Assembly (NCBI GenBank): GCA_037481835.1
Contig: JBBFKW010000007.1
Location: 116,247-180,246 of the forward strand
Length of the DNA: 64,000 nt
Direction: 5' to 3'
Source: Desulfosoma sp.
Lineage (GTDB): Bacteria > Desulfobacterota > Syntrophobacteria > Syntrophobacterales > DSM-9756
The first letter of the stretch is position 1; each line of letters opens with the position of its first letter. A program made the position numbers and the translations under genes. The notes below the pieces were generated by a model, which was given only the letters and a program-made list of their open reading frames with translations, did not search any database and was not told the origin of the DNA. Shown piece after piece: positions 29,924 through 39,966 of this stretch.

Positions 29924-30886
29924 ATGGAGATCTACATTTCCGGATCGCTGGCCTATGACCGCATCATGACGTTTCCGGGGCATTTCGCCGATCACATCCT
30001 GCCCAACAAAATCCATGTGCTCAACGTGTGTTTCAACATCAACGGGTTGGTGGAAAAATTCGGCGGCACTGCCGGCAACATCGCCTACACCCTGAACTTG
30101 CTCGGGGAACGGCCTTTCATCGTAGCGACGGCCGGCGACGATTTTGAACACTACCGGCGATGGCTCCAAGGCAACGGCCTGGATGATCGGTGGATCAAGC
30201 GCATTCCCGGTGTGCTTACGGCCGGAGCCTATATCACCACGGATCTGAACGACAACCAGATCACCGCTTTCAATCCCGGAGCCATGGCGTTTCCGGCGGA
30301 CCTTCCCCCTCTGGACGACGGGACGCAGCCCGTGATCGTGCACATCGCCCCGGGAAACAAAGAAGATATGCTGGGGCTAACCCGGCGGTGCAAGGCCCGA
30401 GGGGTGCCGTTCGTTTTCGATCCCGGCCAGAGCCTCAATATTTGGAGCGGCGATGAGATCGCCGAAGCTGTGGACGGCGCCCTGTGTTTCATTTCCAACG
30501 ATTACGAACTCAGCCATTTTCTCAAGCTGACCCGATGGCAGCGCTCCGACCTGGAGGCCCGGGTTCGCATGATCGTCACCACTCAGGGGCCGGGTGGAAG
30601 CCTTCTGTGCATCGACGGGGACAAGGTTTTTATCCCCGCCGTCGTCCCGCCGGCCGTGGTGGATCCCACGGGGGCGGGGGACGCCTATCGAGCCGGTTTT
30701 CTCAAGGGACTGGCCCTGGGCCAGGATCCGCCCGTGTGCTGCCACATGGGCAGTGTGGCGGCTTCCTTTGCCGTGGAACACCACGGCACCCAGGAGCACC
30801 GTTTCCACTGGGACGCCTTTTCCGACCGATTGGAAAAACATTTCGGCTATCGGCTCACATCCGAACAGGGCGCTCCTCGCCCCTGA
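29924..30886 (+). CDS. PfkB family carbohydrate/nucleoside kinase (adenosine-kinase-like)
   Basis: SGSLAYD, GGTAGNIAY, FDPGQ, DPTGAGDAYRAG. Confidence 0.9.
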   Translation: MEIYISGSLAYDRIMTFPGHFADHILPNKIHVLNVCFNINGLVEKFGGTAGNIAYTLNLLGERPFIVATAGDDFEHYRRWLQGNGLDDRWIKRIPGVLTAGAYITTDLNDNQITAFNPGAMAFPADLPPLDDGTQPVIVHIAPGNKEDMLGLTRRCKARGVPFVFDPGQSLNIWSGDEIAEAVDGALCFISNDYELSHFLKLTRWQRSDLEARVRMIVTTQGPGGSLLCIDGDKVFIPAVVPPAVVDPTGAGDAYRAGFLKGLALGQDPPVCCHMGSVAASFAVEHHGTQEHRFHWDAFSDRLEKHFGYRLTSEQGAPRP

Positions 30887-30974
30887 AAGCCGCAGGACCG
30901 CCGACACCCGTGAACCTTCGCGGAAAAAGGCCCGGCGAGAAGCGCTCGGGGCGTGCTTCAGACCGGGTGCCCCC

Positions 30975-32981
30975 TTATTGGATGAGGAGCTGTTCCCGGC
31001 GCAGCCTCTTGATTTCGTCTCGAAAGGCGGCGGCTTTTTCGAATTCCAGGCGGGCCGCCGCCTCTTTCATCTGTTTTTCCAGCCGCTCGATGGTCAGATC
31101 CACATTCGGTCTTTCGTCCGCACGGTAGAGGGCCCGGACTTCCTGGAGCACCTCTTCGGGGACGAAAGTTTCCTCCTTGGAACGATAGGGCGCCAGAATG
31201 TCCGCCACGGACTTTTCCACGGTCTGGGGCGTAATACCATGGGCGGCGTTGTAAGCCTGTTGCAAAGCGCGCCTTCTTTCGGTTTCGGCCACGGCTCGCT
31301 GGATGGATTCCGTCAGCCGATCGGCGTAGAGGATGACGGTCCCGTCCACGTTGCGGGCGGCCCGACCGGCGGTCTGGATGAGGGAACGTTCGGAGCGCAG
31401 GAACCCTTCGTTGTCGGCATCCAGCACGGCCACGAGGGAGACTTCCGGGATATCCAGGCCTTCTCGGAGAAGATTGATTCCCACCAAGACGTCAAATTCC
31501 CCGAGGCGCAGGTCCCGCACGAGCTCGATGCGATCCAGGGTGTCCACGTCCGAGTGCATGTAGCGGACCCGGATTTTCAGCTCGGAGAGATACTCGGTAA
31601 GGTCTTCCGCCATGCGCTTGGTCAATGTGGTCACGAGAACCCTTTGCCCGGCGGCGACCCTCTTTCTGATCTCGCCCAGAAGGTCGTCCACCTGGTGCGC
31701 CGCCGGGCGCACTTCCACCTTGGGATCCACCAAGCCTGTGGGCCGGATGATCTGCTCCACCACATAACCCTGGGTGCGCTCCAATTCATAAGGGCCGGGC
31801 GTGGCGGACACATAAATGACTTGGTTGACCTTGGCTTCGAACTCTTCGAAACATAACGGCCGGTTGTCCAAAGCCGAAGGCAGCCGAAACCCGTATCGCA
31901 CCAGGGTTTCCTTGCGGGACCTGTCCCCCCGGAACATGCCCCGCAGTTGCGGGATGGTGATGTGGCTCTCGTCGATGAAGAGCAGGAAATCGTCGGGAAA
32001 ATATTCCAGGAGGGTCGGGGGCGGCTCGCCGGGCCGCCGGCCGGTGAGATGGCGCGAATAGTTTTCGATGCCGGGACAATATCCCAGCTCTTGGAGCATT
32101 TCCAAATCGAGGCGGGTGCGTTCCTCCAGGCGCTGCGCCTCCACCAGCAGGCCCGCCGCGCGCAGCTCTTCCAGCCGAAGGCGGAGCTCCTCCTTGATGC
32201 TCTGAACGGCCCTTTGCAAGGTCGCCTTGTCGGTGACGTAATGGCTTCCAGGGTAAATGGCCACCTCCGTGAGGGACCGCACCGTGCGGCCCGTCAGGGG
32301 GTCAAATTCGCGGATGGCATCGATTTCATCGCCGAAAAATTCCAGCCGAACCGCACGGTCTTCTTCGTGGGCGGGAAACACTTCCACCACGTCCCCTCGG
32401 ACACGGAACGTACCCCGGTGAAAATCCACGTCGTTTCGCGTGTATTGGATTTCCACAAGCTTTCTCAACACGACGTCCCGATCCACGGCCATGCCCGTCT
32501 TCACCCACAGGAGCATGTCCCGGTAGGTTTCCGGAGCGCCCAGGCCGTAGATGCAGGACACGCTGGCGACGATCAGCACGTCCCGGCGCTCCAAAAGGGC
32601 GCGGGTGGCCGCATGCCGCATCTTGTCGATGGTTTCGTTGATGGAGGCGTCTTTGGCGATATAAGTGTCGGTCTGGGGCACATAGGCTTCCGGCTGGTAG
32701 TAGTCATAGTAGGAGACGAAATACTCCACGGCGTTTTCCGGGAAGAAGGCCTTGAATTCCCCGTAAAGCTGGGCCGCCAGGGTCTTGTTGGGCGCGATGA
32801 TGAGCGTGGGCTTCTGCACTTGGGCGATCACATGGGCCATGGTGAAGGTTTTTCCCGATCCCGTGACCCCCAAGAGGGTTTGTTCTCGAACCCCGGCACG
32901 GATGTTGGCCGTGAGTTTTTCGATGGCCTGGGGCTGATCCCCCTGGGGACCCCACGGGGCATGGATCCTAAAGGCGGTCAT
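30975..32981 (-). CDS. uvrB: Excinuclease ABC subunit B
   Basis: [36 protein letters not shown]-terminal UVR domain. Confidence 0.98.
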   Translation of the reverse strand: MTAFRIHAPWGPQGDQPQAIEKLTANIRAGVREQTLLGVTGSGKTFTMAHVIAQVQKPTLIIAPNKTLAAQLYGEFKAFFPENAVEYFVSYYDYYQPEAYVPQTDTYIAKDASINETIDKMRHAATRALLERRDVLIVASVSCIYGLGAPETYRDMLLWVKTGMAVDRDVVLRKLVEIQYTRNDVDFHRGTFRVRGDVVEVFPAHEEDRAVRLEFFGDEIDAIREFDPLTGRTVRSLTEVAIYPGSHYVTDKATLQRAVQSIKEELRLRLEELRAAGLLVEAQRLEERTRLDLEMLQELGYCPGIENYSRHLTGRRPGEPPPTLLEYFPDDFLLFIDESHITIPQLRGMFRGDRSRKETLVRYGFRLPSALDNRPLCFEEFEAKVNQVIYVSATPGPYELERTQGYVVEQIIRPTGLVDPKVEVRPAAHQVDDLLGEIRKRVAAGQRVLVTTLTKRMAEDLTEYLSELKIRVRYMHSDVDTLDRIELVRDLRLGEFDVLVGINLLREGLDIPEVSLVAVLDADNEGFLRSERSLIQTAGRAARNVDGTVILYADRLTESIQRAVAETERRRALQQAYNAAHGITPQTVEKSVADILAPYRSKEETFVPEEVLQEVRALYRADERPNVDLTIERLEKQMKEAAARLEFEKAAAFRDEIKRLRREQLLIQ

Positions 32982-33222
32982 GTCGTGGTTTTCTCCTAGA
33001 AAGCGATGGAAATGGCGGCCACGGCCGCTTCTACCACTAACCGGAAAGACAACTCTTTGACAATAACCCCCATGACGTGGGACGAGACAACGAAGCACGA
33101 AAGTCGTGTAGGTACAATATGTTACAGAAACTTTCATAAAAAGATTCGCGCACAAGCTGGCGGGGGTACGAGTTTCATCCTTTGTTGTGGCACCGCGACG
33201 TGCGGCGGTATCCCCGATTTTT

Positions 33223-33314
33223 GTTGGGGTTCGCTGTGCTCACCCCAACCTACATTCGCCGGCCTGCATCCTTGAATAAACTCGTAGGTTGGGGTTAGCG
33301 AAGCGAACCCCAAC
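33223..33314. repeat. Inverted REP doublet (REPIN-like)
   Basis: GTTGGGGTTCGCTGTGCTCACCCCAACCTAC (33223-33253) and GTAGGTTGGGGTTAGCGAAGCGAACCCCAAC (33284-33314); same family as 8566. Confidence 0.85.
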
Positions 33315-33635
33315 CAGACCTGGATGTAGCGAGACAACGAACCATGAAAGTCCTGCCCTCCCAGATTCTGAGCGCGACTTTCATATTAACCCCCATTACG
33401 GGCAGCCCGTGAAAACATGGAATCCGTCGGCAGGCGGCGCACCTTCCTAAAAAGCGGCAACAGCCCGCCCGGCATGCCAGAAAACCGAAAAGCCTCTGTG
33501 TCCGGCCATGTTGTGAAGAAAAGAGCACTGTCACTTGCATGAATGTGCGTTGTGCATTAGGCTGAAGACACAAGGGGATGCGCCTCGGGCGATGGGACGA
33601 AAGAAAAGAAGGAAACGGACCGGAAAGGAGACACC

Positions 33636-34496
33636 ATGGATGCCGCCATTCATCCCCAAGCATCGGATCGCCGATGGATCAATCAGGCCGTCAAGGCCGA
33701 AATCAACCTGTGTTTTACCTGCGGATCCTGTGCCGTGGAGTGTCCCGTCAACCGAGCGACAAACCGGCTGGATCCGCGACGGCTTGTGTGGATGGCCAAC
33801 CTGGGTCTGATGGATGAATTGATCCAGCTGCCCGATATCTGGCTGTGCCTCGGCTGTCGGAAGTGCTCCCACGTGTGCCCCATGACGGTCAAGCCGGCGG
33901 CCCTCATCGCCTTTTTGCGCTGGGAAGCCTTCCAGCAAGGGGTGTTTTCTCGGACCCTGGATGAAGAGCGGCGAAGGCTCCAAGATCGCCTTCACAGGGA
34001 ACGCGCAGCCGTCGTCGGCGAACTCCTTTCCGATGCGGCCCAAAGAAAAGGGCCTCAAGAACTTTCCTTACCCCGAGCTCGGGGCATTTCTTGGAAACCG
34101 TTCGCCGTCTTCCACGACCACGAAACGCGGATCAGCTCCTGTTTTGCGTGCGGCGAATGCAGCAACGCCTGTCCGGTGTGCGTCCACCGATCCGTGCTCG
34201 ACCCTTTGGTGCTCGTCCGGGGAACCCTCATGGGCTATTCCAGAGAACTCAGTGTCTCGCCCGGCCCTTGGGTGTGCCTCCAGTGCAGGAGCTGCTCCAG
34301 CGCGTGCAGCCAGCGCGTCCAAGGGCATCTTGTGGCTTTGGCCTTGCGTGAGGCCGCCCAACAGACGGGCATGGTGGACGACGTTTTCCTCCAGGCTTGG
34401 AAAGAAAAAGAGCGGAAAATCTGGCGGGATTATGCGGAGGCCGTGGTGCAGAGGCTCGAGCCCGGATTTAACTTTAAGGCACACACAAGAGACTGA
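33636..34496 (+). CDS. Tandem HdrC-like 4Fe-4S dicluster protein
   Basis: CFTCGSCAVECP..IWLCLGCRKCSHVCP and CFACGECSNACP..PWVCLQCRSCSSACS. Confidence 0.85.
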   Translation: MDAAIHPQASDRRWINQAVKAEINLCFTCGSCAVECPVNRATNRLDPRRLVWMANLGLMDELIQLPDIWLCLGCRKCSHVCPMTVKPAALIAFLRWEAFQQGVFSRTLDEERRRLQDRLHRERAAVVGELLSDAAQRKGPQELSLPRARGISWKPFAVFHDHETRISSCFACGECSNACPVCVHRSVLDPLVLVRGTLMGYSRELSVSPGPWVCLQCRSCSSACSQRVQGHLVALALREAAQQTGMVDDVFLQAWKEKERKIWRDYAEAVVQRLEPGFNFKAHTRD

Positions 34497-34529
34497 GACG
34501 ACCCGGTGATGAGGGTCGAGGAGGGTGCC

Positions 34530-34862
34530 ATGGAAAATAAAAATAATGGGCTTCAGATGTTTGAGGAACACGAGTGCCCGACTCCGGTCGACGCTTCGGG
34601 CCGACCCTACACGTGCAAAGAGCGCTCATCGGTTCTCACGTATCGCGAGCAGGACGTGTTGCAGGAGATCCGAAGGGTGCAGGAAGAAGCGGCAACGGTC
34701 AAGCGCCGTCTCCAGGAGATGCGCCAGAGGGGCGTGACAGATGCGGCCGAGGAAGCCGAATGGGAACGGCGCCTCAAAGAACTGAGGGCGCGCCGCGAGG
34801 CTCTGGAAAAAGAACGGGAAGAGGCGGCTCAAGAACGAATGCGCTTGCTGGGACACAGCTGA
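34530..34862 (+). CDS. Small coiled-coil hypothetical protein
   Basis: GAGGAGG RBS; E/R-rich heptads ending RMRLLGH. Confidence 0.7.
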   Translation: MENKNNGLQMFEEHECPTPVDASGRPYTCKERSSVLTYREQDVLQEIRRVQEEAATVKRRLQEMRQRGVTDAAEEAEWERRLKELRARREALEKEREEAAQERMRLLGHS

Positions 34863-35634
34863 AGGCGGGGGCGGTGTGTTGGCGACCGTGGGCCTTTCCA
34901 GCATGCCAGAAGGATTCCAGGAACGACGCGCCGCCGAGAAGCTCCATCTGCCGCAGGATCCATGCCGCTCTCTTTTCCACGTATGGGGTAGGCTTCGCAG
35001 GGGAAAACCGCCGGGGATTGGGAAGGACGGCCGCCAAGAGTGCGGCCTGTCTCTTTGTCAGCCGGCCTGGGGTTGTGTTGAAAAAGATCCGTGCCGCGGC
35101 CCCGACGCCGAAAACGCGATTACCCATTTGCGCCGTGTTTACGTAGACTTCCAAAATCCTTCGCTTGGACCACAGCGTTTCCAAAAGAACCGTGACAAAG
35201 GCTTCCAGGGCCTTGCGCACAAAACTCCGGCCGGGCCAGAGAAACAGATTTTTGGCCGTCTGCTGTGAAATGGTGCTGGCGCCGCGAAGGGGTTTGCCGC
35301 GTTCGTGGTCTTCCAGAGCCTTTTTCACGGACGCCACATCGAATCCCCAATGTTCCGGAAACGTTTGGTCCTCGGCGGCCATGAACGCCAAGGCCACATG
35401 AGCGGGAATGGTCGTGTATGGCGCCCACTCATAGTGAATGGTTTTGTCCGGAAGATTTTCCCGGAGCGCCTTCAGCTTTTCCAAGAGCATGAACATGGTC
35501 ATGGGCGGCGGAACCCATCTCAAAAGAAGGATGAGCGCAACGAGAGCGGCCGCGACAAGAACCGCCGCACTGCCCATAAGGCGAGCCGCGGTGCGGCTCC
35601 ATGAGCCATCACAAATATCGCGTATATGAAACAT
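34774..35634 (-). CDS. mtgA: Monofunctional peptidoglycan transglycosylase
   Basis: AAEDQTFPEHWGFD, RGASTISQQTAKNLFL, RKALE, KRRILEVYVN GT51 motifs; start uncertain. Confidence 0.92.
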   Translation of the reverse strand: MFHIRDICDGSWSRTAARLMGSAAVLVAAALVALILLLRWVPPPMTMFMLLEKLKALRENLPDKTIHYEWAPYTTIPAHVALAFMAAEDQTFPEHWGFDVASVKKALEDHERGKPLRGASTISQQTAKNLFLWPGRSFVRKALEAFVTVLLETLWSKRRILEVYVNTAQMGNRVFGVGAAARIFFNTTPGRLTKRQAALLAAVLPNPRRFSPAKPTPYVEKRAAWILRQMELLGGASFLESFWHAGKAHGRQHTAPAFSCVPASAFVLEPPLPVLFPEPRGAPSVL

Positions 35635-35731
35635 GAGCCGAGAAAACTCTTGTTGCATTCATGGGATTTATGTATTGATGTAAAAGAGACCGAACGTATA
35701 AACCTCTTGACGAGGAAGGGAGGCGATGCGC

Positions 35732-36199
35732 ATGGGTAAAAGACTTTTGGAAATGTGTGTGCAGATCGTGGAGGCTCAGGCCTCGGCCGGGATGATGTCC
35801 ACGGAGGAAATCGAGCAATCGCTCAGAAAAATTTACAAGGTTCTCCAAGAGTTGGACGCCCTGGAGGAAAGCGGAGCGGGAGTTGAGATTCCTCGACCGG
35901 TTGGGGAAACGAAGGGGCCGGCCAAAGCCCCGGTGCTCGGCAGAGGCCCTTATGAGTCCATTGGAGAGGATAGTGTCGTGTGTTTGGAATGCGGGGCTCA
36001 GTTCCGGCAAATCACGGCCAACCACCTCAGGAGTCATGGTCTGACCCCTAGGGAATACAAGAAGAAATGGGGATTTCGCCTCAAGGATTCCCTTGCGGCG
36101 AAGGTGGTGACCCGATCCCGCAGTGAATCGGCCAAGGCCCGGGGCATTCCCGAAAATCTCAAAGCCTATCAGGAAAGCCGAAAGAAGAAATCGTTTTAG
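35732..36199 (+). CDS. MucR/Ros family zinc-finger transcriptional regulator
   Basis: VCLECG..F..ITANHLRSHGLTPREYKKKWG. Confidence 0.9.
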   Translation: MGKRLLEMCVQIVEAQASAGMMSTEEIEQSLRKIYKVLQELDALEESGAGVEIPRPVGETKGPAKAPVLGRGPYESIGEDSVVCLECGAQFRQITANHLRSHGLTPREYKKKWGFRLKDSLAAKVVTRSRSESAKARGIPENLKAYQESRKKKSF

Positions 36200-36240
36200 A
36201 ATCTTCATCGTCGGCGACCCCAGCGAGGAGCCACGGCACC

Positions 36241-36918
36241 ATGAAGGAGCAGAGCCCCATCCGAGAGATTTTGGCTCAACTGGAAACCCTCTATGAGATT
36301 TTGGCTCAACTGGAAACCCTCTATCCGGACGCGCCGTTGGAGCTCGCCTATAAAAATCCCTTTGAATTGCTCATTGCGGTCATTCTCTCGGCCCAATGCA
36401 CGGACGAACGGGTCAACCAGGTTACCCGCACGCTCTTTGAGCATTATCCCACGCCGGCGGCGCTGGCGGCCGCTCCTTTGGAAAGCGTGGAGGAAATCAT
36501 TCGACCAACGGGCTTTTACCGCAACAAAGCCAAGGCCGTCAAAGGGTGCGCGGAACGGTTGGTGCTGGACCACGCCGGGGACGTGCCGAAGACGATGGAA
36601 GCCTTGGTCCGGCTTCCCGGCGTGGGTCGCAAAACGGCGGCCATGGTCCTCGGCAACGCCTACGGCATTCAGGAAGGGATCGCCGTCGACACGCACGTGC
36701 TGCGCGTCTCCCAGCGCTTGGGCATCGCCCCGGACAAGACGCCCGAAGCCGTGGAAAGCCGGCTCATGACGTTGGTTCCCCGCGAAAAATGGACTTGGTT
36801 CAGCAACGCGCTGATCCTGCACGGGCGAAGGGTCTGTACGGCGAAAAAACCTTCGTGCCCCCGATGCGGCTTGGCCCAATGGTGCGCTTACGCCAGGGAT
36901 GCGGCGAAAAGGGGTTGA
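36241..36918 (+). CDS. nth: Endonuclease III
   Basis: LIAVILSAQCTD, HhH LPGVGRKTA, AVDTHV, C-x6-C-x2-C-x5-C Fe-S motif. Confidence 0.96.
   Translation: MKEQSPIREILAQLETLYEILAQLETLYPDAPLELAYKNPFELLIAVILSAQCTDERVNQVTRTLFEHYPTPAALAAAPLESVEEIIRPTGFYRNKAKAVKGCAERLVLDHAGDVPKTMEALVRLPGVGRKTAAMVLGNAYGIQEGIAVDTHVLRVSQRLGIAPDKTPEAVESRLMTLVPREKWTWFSNALILHGRRVCTAKKPSCPRCGLAQWCAYARDAAKRG
36265..36324 (+). repeat. Perfect in-frame 30-bp tandem duplication in nth
   Basis: GAGATTTTGGCTCAACTGGAAACCCTCTAT x2 (EILAQLETLY x2). Confidence 0.95.
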
Positions 36919-36925
36919 AGGCGCC

Positions 36926-37324
36926 ATGAAGCAGAAGACGGTCACGGCGGCCATTTTGGAGCGCGATGGGTGCGTCCTTCTGGCGCAAAGGCCCGCGGGG
37001 GATCCTTTGGCCATGATGTGGGAATTTCCCGGCGGCACCGTGGAGCAGGGGGAGACACCGGAGGATTGCCTGCGCCGTGAAATCCAAGAAGAACTGGGAA
37101 TTCGCGTGGACGTCGACGCCTTCTTCGGGGAAAACCGGCACCGCTACGACCACGGAGAGATCCGGCTCAAAGCTTACAGAGTGCGCTGGATTTCAGGCCG
37201 CATCCGACCCGCCGTCCATGCGGCCGTCCGGTGGGTTCCCATCGGCGAACTGCCTGGGTACGAACTGGCTCCTGCAGACCGACCCTTTGTCGCCCGGCTT
37301 CTTCGTGAAAGCGGGCCGGCGTAA
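36926..37324 (+). CDS. mutT: NUDIX hydrolase (MutT/NudG-like)
   Basis: WEFPGG.VEQGETPEDCLRREIQEELG Nudix box; APAD motif. Confidence 0.85.
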   Translation: MKQKTVTAAILERDGCVLLAQRPAGDPLAMMWEFPGGTVEQGETPEDCLRREIQEELGIRVDVDAFFGENRHRYDHGEIRLKAYRVRWISGRIRPAVHAAVRWVPIGELPGYELAPADRPFVARLLRESGPA

Positions 37325-37337
37325 AAAGGAGGCACGC

Positions 37338-37775
37338 ATGTGTCTGCATCAAAGGCGCTCATGCGAATGCGGCCGAAATGAGGCCTATGTCTTCCACCGG
37401 GACAGTATCCTCCCGGAAGAGGTTTTGGTCCATCTTTACTGTCCCGAATGCGCGGTTTCGGTCACTTGGGATGGCCGGACCATGGTCCGGGACGTGGGCT
37501 GGATCCTTGAATACGACATGGAAGCGGCCCGCTTTTACCTGGGCCGGCGACTCGGACGCCTCGACTATTCCCCTGAGGATGTCTTCGACGAAGACTACTG
37601 CAGCTGGTACGGTCTCACACCCATGGATCTGGAAGCCAGCAGGCGGCTCCATGAAGAACTGGAGCCGCTCAAGCGAGATGACCTCAAAGCCTACATCCGC
37701 GAGATCACGCGACGCCGTCAGGACCAAGTGCAGGCCCTGAAGCTCCAAGGATGGCGCAAAGCCGCCCGCACCTGA
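37338..37775 (+). CDS. Hypothetical protein with CxC/CxxC motifs
   Basis: AAGGAGG RBS; CECG and YCPEC. Confidence 0.7.
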   Translation: MCLHQRRSCECGRNEAYVFHRDSILPEEVLVHLYCPECAVSVTWDGRTMVRDVGWILEYDMEAARFYLGRRLGRLDYSPEDVFDEDYCSWYGLTPMDLEASRRLHEELEPLKRDDLKAYIREITRRRQDQVQALKLQGWRKAART

Positions 37776-37915
37776 TGCCGCCGACGGGGACGGAGGCACC
37801 CTTTCGGCTTTCAAGCTTCGCCCCTCCCTTTCCGATTATTTCAATAAGACCCCGCCATGGCGACGTGAGAAGTGTCGCCTGAGCGGAATTTTTGGGTTTG
37901 AGGGAGGTGCGGGGG

Positions 37916-38581
37916 ATGAATCCCTATCAACTGGCCGTGTGGAAACTCGTGCGCCAACCGTACCGGTGGTTCCTGTCGCCGGAAGTGAGCGACCTCCACA
38001 ATGTCTCGAGAGCGCTGGATCAAGCCCGCGCGGAAAAGAAGGGGCTCCTGCTCATCGCCAACCATATCAGCGCCTGGGACCCGCTCTTCATCTGCGCCGC
38101 TCTGGATGCCGGACATCTTTATAAAATGGGGACCGTGACGTTTCTCGGCAAGCGGGAACTGTTCGATCGGCCCTGGAAGCAATGGATCATGTCTCGCTTG
38201 GGATGCGTGAACATCCGCGAGCGTACCGTTCTCCGCCGTGTCATCCAAGGGCTTCGGGAAGGGAAAGTCTTTTTCCTCTTTCCCGAAGGGTGCGTATCGA
38301 CGGACGGACGCATGGGGAAGGATCTGGGTGCGGTGCGGTTTTTGGCCAAGCACACCTCTCTTGTGGTGCTGCCCATTCGCGTCCAGGGCATCTGGGGCGG
38401 CTTTCGAAGGGATTGGAAAAACATCGCAGCGGGTCGGCGTCGATTCCAGGTGGCGTTTGGAAAACCCGTTCTGTTAAAAAAAGGGGACGATCCCAGCCTG
38501 GACGCCATGGCCATGATCCGGGAAGTTTCCTTTGCCCCAGGGGGAAGAACGCAGCGCGTGCCGGTTTGGGCCGCCTCCTAA
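37916..38581 (+). CDS. Lysophospholipid acyltransferase (PlsC family)
   Basis: NHISAWD (HX4D) and FPEG motifs. Confidence 0.88.
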   Translation: MNPYQLAVWKLVRQPYRWFLSPEVSDLHNVSRALDQARAEKKGLLLIANHISAWDPLFICAALDAGHLYKMGTVTFLGKRELFDRPWKQWIMSRLGCVNIRERTVLRRVIQGLREGKVFFLFPEGCVSTDGRMGKDLGAVRFLAKHTSLVVLPIRVQGIWGGFRRDWKNIAAGRRRFQVAFGKPVLLKKGDDPSLDAMAMIREVSFAPGGRTQRVPVWAAS

Positions 38582-38652
38582 AAGTCCGTGCACCGTGCCT
38601 TTCCGCGTGGGGGCTGTTCCGACGAAACGCGGCAAAGCCGCGTGCGGGACCG

Positions 38653-38946
38653 TTATGGAGTGCGCAACGGCCGCCCATGGGTCGGCGGGGGCAGAGTGCC
38701 CGTCCGGCCCCCTTGCCTCTGAAGACGAAGATCCTCCCTGTCATGAAAGGTTTTGTTGATCAAGAAGTCCACCCCGTATGCGAGAATGCCCAGGCACGCG
38801 ACGAGGATCAGGAAGCGACGCATGAGGGTGCCGAAGCGGATTTTGGCGCGCAGGCGCTGCGCCCAAGGAAAGGGGGCGAGCCCCAAGGCCGTCGCGAGAA
38901 TGAGCAGCGGCAGCACCACCCTGAGAAACAGCAGCTTCGTGAACAT
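38653..38946 (-). CDS. Small membrane hypothetical protein
   Basis: Two hydrophobic segments, GGGGAGG RBS; low-complexity tail. Confidence 0.45.
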   Translation of the reverse strand: MFTKLLFLRVVLPLLILATALGLAPFPWAQRLRAKIRFGTLMRRFLILVACLGILAYGVDFLINKTFHDREDLRLQRQGGRTGTLPPPTHGRPLRTP

Positions 38947-39094
38947 GAAGATCCCTCCCCGCCGGTTTTAAAAACCCTTGCGAAATCACAGCCGATTAAC
39001 CATATGATATCCAAGAATGTCTTCGGCGGACAGAGCCCAGGAGGACGGGGCGCGGGTGGCGGATCGGAAAGGGCAAGAAAAAGGCGGCGACGGC

Positions 39095-39712
39095 ATGACG
39101 GCTCCCATGAAAAGGCGGGCCTCTTCCCCGGCGACCCTTGAGGACAAATGCAAGGAACTGGAAGTCTTCTATGAGACGTTCGAGCGGGCGACGGCGCCTT
39201 TCATCGCCCAGGCCGTTTGCGGTCCCGGCTGTGCCGATTGCTGCACCAACGTGGGCGAGATTTACGCCGCTACGCTGGAAGGTTTGCGCATCATGACCTA
39301 CATGGAAGCGTTGCCGATCTTTCAAGCCGCCGCCCTACGTCAAAAGATCGCCGAAAACCGAGCGCAAAAAAAGCACAACGTTCTTTTGCCCTGTCCGTTC
39401 CTCGACCCCGACAAGCGGTGCGCCATTTATCCGGTGCGCCCTTTCAGCTGCCGGCGTCTGTATTCCGTGGAACCCTGCGGGGCCAAAGGCCCCGTGGTGC
39501 ATCGAGAGTTCTGGGCCCTGGCGGAGCAGTTCACGCGGGCTCTCCAGCTGCTGGATCCCAGGGGCTATTCCGGCCACGTGAGTTACATTCTCGGGCTCCT
39601 GGAGGACCCTTCTTTCTTGGAAGCCTATTTGGTCGGCCGAGCCTACCCGACGGGCTTGGCGTCCGTCGTTCAAGAGTTCGATCTTTTGGCCCATGCCCAC
39701 CTGGGGGTTTAG
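39095..39712 (+). CDS. YkgJ family (CxxCxxCC) cysteine-cluster protein
   Basis: CGPGCADCC, CPFLD..CAIYPVRPFSCR; start uncertain (39017/39095/39107). Confidence 0.88.
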   Translation: MTAPMKRRASSPATLEDKCKELEVFYETFERATAPFIAQAVCGPGCADCCTNVGEIYAATLEGLRIMTYMEALPIFQAAALRQKIAENRAQKKHNVLLPCPFLDPDKRCAIYPVRPFSCRRLYSVEPCGAKGPVVHREFWALAEQFTRALQLLDPRGYSGHVSYILGLLEDPSFLEAYLVGRAYPTGLASVVQEFDLLAHAHLGV

Positions 39713-39714
39713 TC

Positions 39715-39936
39715 ATGGCCTGGCACGCCATCGTGTTTTGGAAAAGCGCCGGATCCGGTCCTTTGGGCTGGCATTGGCGTCTCACCAACGCCGAACTGGG
39801 CGTGGACGAGGGTGCTCCGGCGGATTCGGTGGAGCAGGCCTCGGCTGCCATCCGCGCCGCCCTGAAACAGCACGGCGCCGCCCCTGAAACCGTCCCCGTG
39901 GAGATTTGGGACGAGGGCGTCTGGGAAAAGTGTTGA
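39715..39936 (+). CDS. Small Trp-rich hypothetical protein
   Basis: ATG 3 nt after the ykgJ stop; MAWHAIVFW..GWHWRL..beta-beta-alpha pattern. Confidence 0.6.
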   Translation: MAWHAIVFWKSAGSGPLGWHWRLTNAELGVDEGAPADSVEQASAAIRAALKQHGAAPETVPVEIWDEGVWEKC

Positions 39937-39966
39937 TCCCTTGAAGAAATCCGCCCTGCACGAGCT

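Noticed and set aside
33083..33352. Repeats considered as a CRISPR array
   Set aside because: Too few copies, mixed orientation, irregular spacing and no cas genes
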